Assembly (NCBI GenBank): GCA_008632985.1 | Contig: QPGO01000295.1 | Location: 1-64,000, forward strand | Source: Psammoneis japonica | Lineage: Eukaryota | Direction of reading: 5' to 3' | Length of the DNA stretch: 64,000 nucleotides | Part shown: one piece after another, positions 61,335 to 64,000 of the stretch | How the letters are laid out: each line of letters opens with the position of its first letter | Numbering within the stretch: the stretch's first letter is position 1 | Position numbers and translations under genes: made by a program | The notes under the pieces: generated by a model | Told to the model about the DNA's origin: nothing | Database searches by the model: none | What the model saw: the letters and a program-made list of their open reading frames with translations, nothing else

Positions 61335-64000
61335 CCCTGAAGACCCCCGAGACAATCCCAAAACGTGCGAGAATTGGGTGACGACAGATGCCCCAGACAA
61401 CATTGAATCTGCGCTCCAGCACTGCAAAAAAACCAACGACACTTCGGACAGGCACATGGCACTCCTCTCACTGTCCCACCCTTGTCTGTTGACCTTGGAT
61501 GTGAAGGAGACACTGTCATGGCCGATTTAATCCTAGACGGAGAACATGAAACTGGACACCTGAACCGTGCCACTTTGCTGCTGACACAGCATCTTCGAAG
61601 AAGGACACCACCAACAGCTCCAAATTCTCTCACTCCTGGGGCTCTCCACTTGAAGACAAAAATGTGGTCAGAGTCAACGTCTGCTTCATTGAAGTCAGGG
61701 ATTCATCTGGGACACTGGAAGGCCCTGTGCGCTCCACATTCCCATGCAAATGATTGTGACAATGACGGGAATCCATCCGAGCAGAAAGAATTGTTGGACT
61801 CGGTCCAGCAATCCCTTGTGGCAATGCAACTTAACCTGATCAACTGCGCTTTAAAGCAGGGTTGCTCACGCAAATGATGGAAAGACATTGTGAATGCAAC
61901 GATCTTCAAAGAACCAGGCAACAACAAAATGCACCGATTGTGCATGATTCACATCTGCGAGGCGGATTTCCAACTGATTGCAAGTGTCAAGTGGCGCAAA
62001 TTAGCCCAGCATGTGGATCACCGCTGAATGTGCAACCCAGGGATTTGCAGATGTTGCTCCTTCCTTTCCGCCCAAACGCCTGTTTTTCTCAAAAACTTGA
62101 TGCTGGAGATGTCACGTGCTTCCCGGAACACTTTGCTCACCAGTGACGATGACTGCACTTCTTGCTGTGACAGGAACATCCCAGCAACAGTGGGTTTGCG
62201 TGCAAAGAGTGATGGCATGCACAAGAGAGTGGTCAAAGTCAATGTGGCAATGTCACATCATGCATGTCATTGGCTGTGCACTCTGTCAGGAATCACCCAA
62301 AAAAGTTGTTCCCATTCCTCTGAGTTCCCGTTGCATGGAAAAGGACAAGGCAGCGGAAATTCTCCTTGGTGCTGGAACACTCTGCGCAGTGGACTGTTTG
62401 ACATCTTTGATGCTGAAGCTGTTGGTTTGTTCTTCAAAACTCTGGACGGACAGTTCCACATCCAAGCATGCAACAGGGGTCATGTTGATGACACTTCCAA
62501 GCAGGTGAATGATTTCAGAGCCAGCCCTCAGCCCTCCACGCTCAAGTTGTCCCAGTCTCTCCAATCGGACAGCCGGTTGTGGTGTGACTTGTTGGACACA
62601 GCAGGACATGAACTTGAGTTGCTGAAGTGTTCCTTCCATGCCACAGAATGGGACTTTACAGAGTGCGGAGAACCGCACATGTGACCCTGCCATGACAACA
62701 TTGAGGTGGAGATCTTTTCCACTGTCCAAACCACTTCCAGGTGCAGCCAGCAATTGTCAGCACACACACCTCACAAAACCCTGGGACACTGCATGACTCC
62801 AATCGGTGCACAGAAAACTCAATCGAAGAAACCCCAACACAAGAGCAATGCTGTCTCCTTGTTTCTCAGGTTGTGCCCGCTGGACAGGACAGAAACATGG
62901 CAACAATGCCGCGCTTGTCACCTCTCCTTGATGACACGTGTTCTGGCTGGCTCAAATTTTCTTCCAAAAGAGCTCCAACAGGTGCAACAAAAGGCCATGC
63001 CGACGATTTTTGCCAAATGTGGTTACAACAGAAACACCAAAAGGCTCGTTCTCTACAGACCACAGTCGCTGGGAGGCGGAGGTTTTCGATTGCTTGATGT
63101 TGAACAAGGAGTGGCCCAACTTCAACAACTGTTGAAGCACTCAAGAGGAGTTGCCCACCTGCAACTCTCGCCACAGGCAGTGACGGGTCAGTTGGGGAGG
63201 GAGCCACCTTCGGATGGACGATTGCCTCAGATGGTGCGCCATCAGTGAATTGTGCAGGACCCGTTTTTGGAAAGACGCCATCTTTGCATCGCGCAGAGGC
63301 CTGTGGCATCCTTTCAATTGCACGGTTCATTTTTTGATTGTGTGAATGTTGTTGGATTTTGGTTCCTTTGGACGCTGCAATTCATTGTGACAACAAGGCT
63401 TTGGTTGACGGTCTTTCCCGGTTGACATCTGCCCCACCAGCGATTGACCCAGACGAAGAAGCTCACGCTCCACACAATTTTCATGTTCGCTGCAACGGCG
63501 CTGATGCCATTTCTCCAGATTGGGACGTTCTGAACAAAATTCTTCACACCCAGCAAACTCTGAAGCAGCTTTTGGATTCAGAGGATCTGTTCTCCCTCCA
63601 GTCTCATGGGTGAAAGGACATCAAGGCAGGCATTCTCCAGTCCATGCCTTGCCCACAAACGCCAGAGTCAACATCCGCGCTGACAGATTGGCAGGAGCAT
63701 GTCAGGGTCACTGCCTGTGTGACAAGTCAAGCATCTGCCTCATTGCAACTCTCACCTCAAAACAGAGGGAGGCACCGCAACATCGAGCCACAAGAAACAG
63801 ATCAGACATGCAGCCACCGCCCCCCAACTGATCGACTGCATCATTGAACGCAGCCAGTGGACCCCTCCAGTGATGGAGCAAGTCAATTGGAATGCCCGTG
63901 CAATCCTGGTGAAGTGCCATTCAAAGAAGCATGTCAACGCGGCAAAACTGGTGCATGACTTGCCACCACCCACGAACAAAATTGCTCGCAGATGCGATCA

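Larger units (their letters stand above)
57219..64000 (+). mobile_element. Second Ambal-like LINE (ORF1 + APE-RT-RNaseH), degenerate, runs off the window end
   Basis: QADTVGISET, CKPGGT, LLGRWS; GIHLGHWK; RT GKGQGSGNSP and GHVDDT (YVDD); LGGGGF; RNase H IHCDNK and WVKGHQ. Confidence 0.87.

Noticed and set aside
1..64000. Hundreds of overlapping 60-250 aa Cys/His-rich ORFs suggesting dense coding or an alternative genetic code
   Set aside because: They result from loss of TAA/TAG stops and TG/CA enrichment. The two real genes use Tyr normally and have normal TA content.
1..64000. Classical fungal RIP (CpA->TpA) as the explanation
   Set aside because: The direction is opposite: repeats are TA-poor, and conserved Tyr codons, TSDs and telomeric units have lost TA.

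Overview
Eukaryotic, repeat-rich window. It is most likely from a diatom or related stramenopile, inferred from CoDi-type Ty1/copia elements, Ambal-like LINEs, short GT-AG introns and RxL motifs in secreted proteins. Only two intact host genes are present: a secreted LVIVD-repeat/alpha-beta-hydrolase (27903-30822, +) and a secreted reprolysin-like (M12B) metalloprotease with FN3 domains (51334-54167, -). The rest is nested mobile or duplicated DNA: two copia elements, a gypsy remnant, two LINEs, many MITEs, and a duplicated divergent gene pair encoding a DNMT4/RID-like C5 cytosine methyltransferase and an SF2/Z1-like helicase. The dominant signal is that TpA dinucleotides are almost absent from repeated DNA but abundant in the two genes, their flanks and the youngest insertions. 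Copy-to-copy comparisons and conserved protein motifs give the direction as TA->TG or TA->CA, i.e. A:T->G:C at TpA on both strands, apparently favouring TAY. This converts Tyr to Cys/His and erases TAA/TAG stops, which explains the dense spurious six-frame ORF track. It looks like a repeat-targeted hypermutation system acting in the opposite direction to fungal RIP. All counts and alignments were made by eye.
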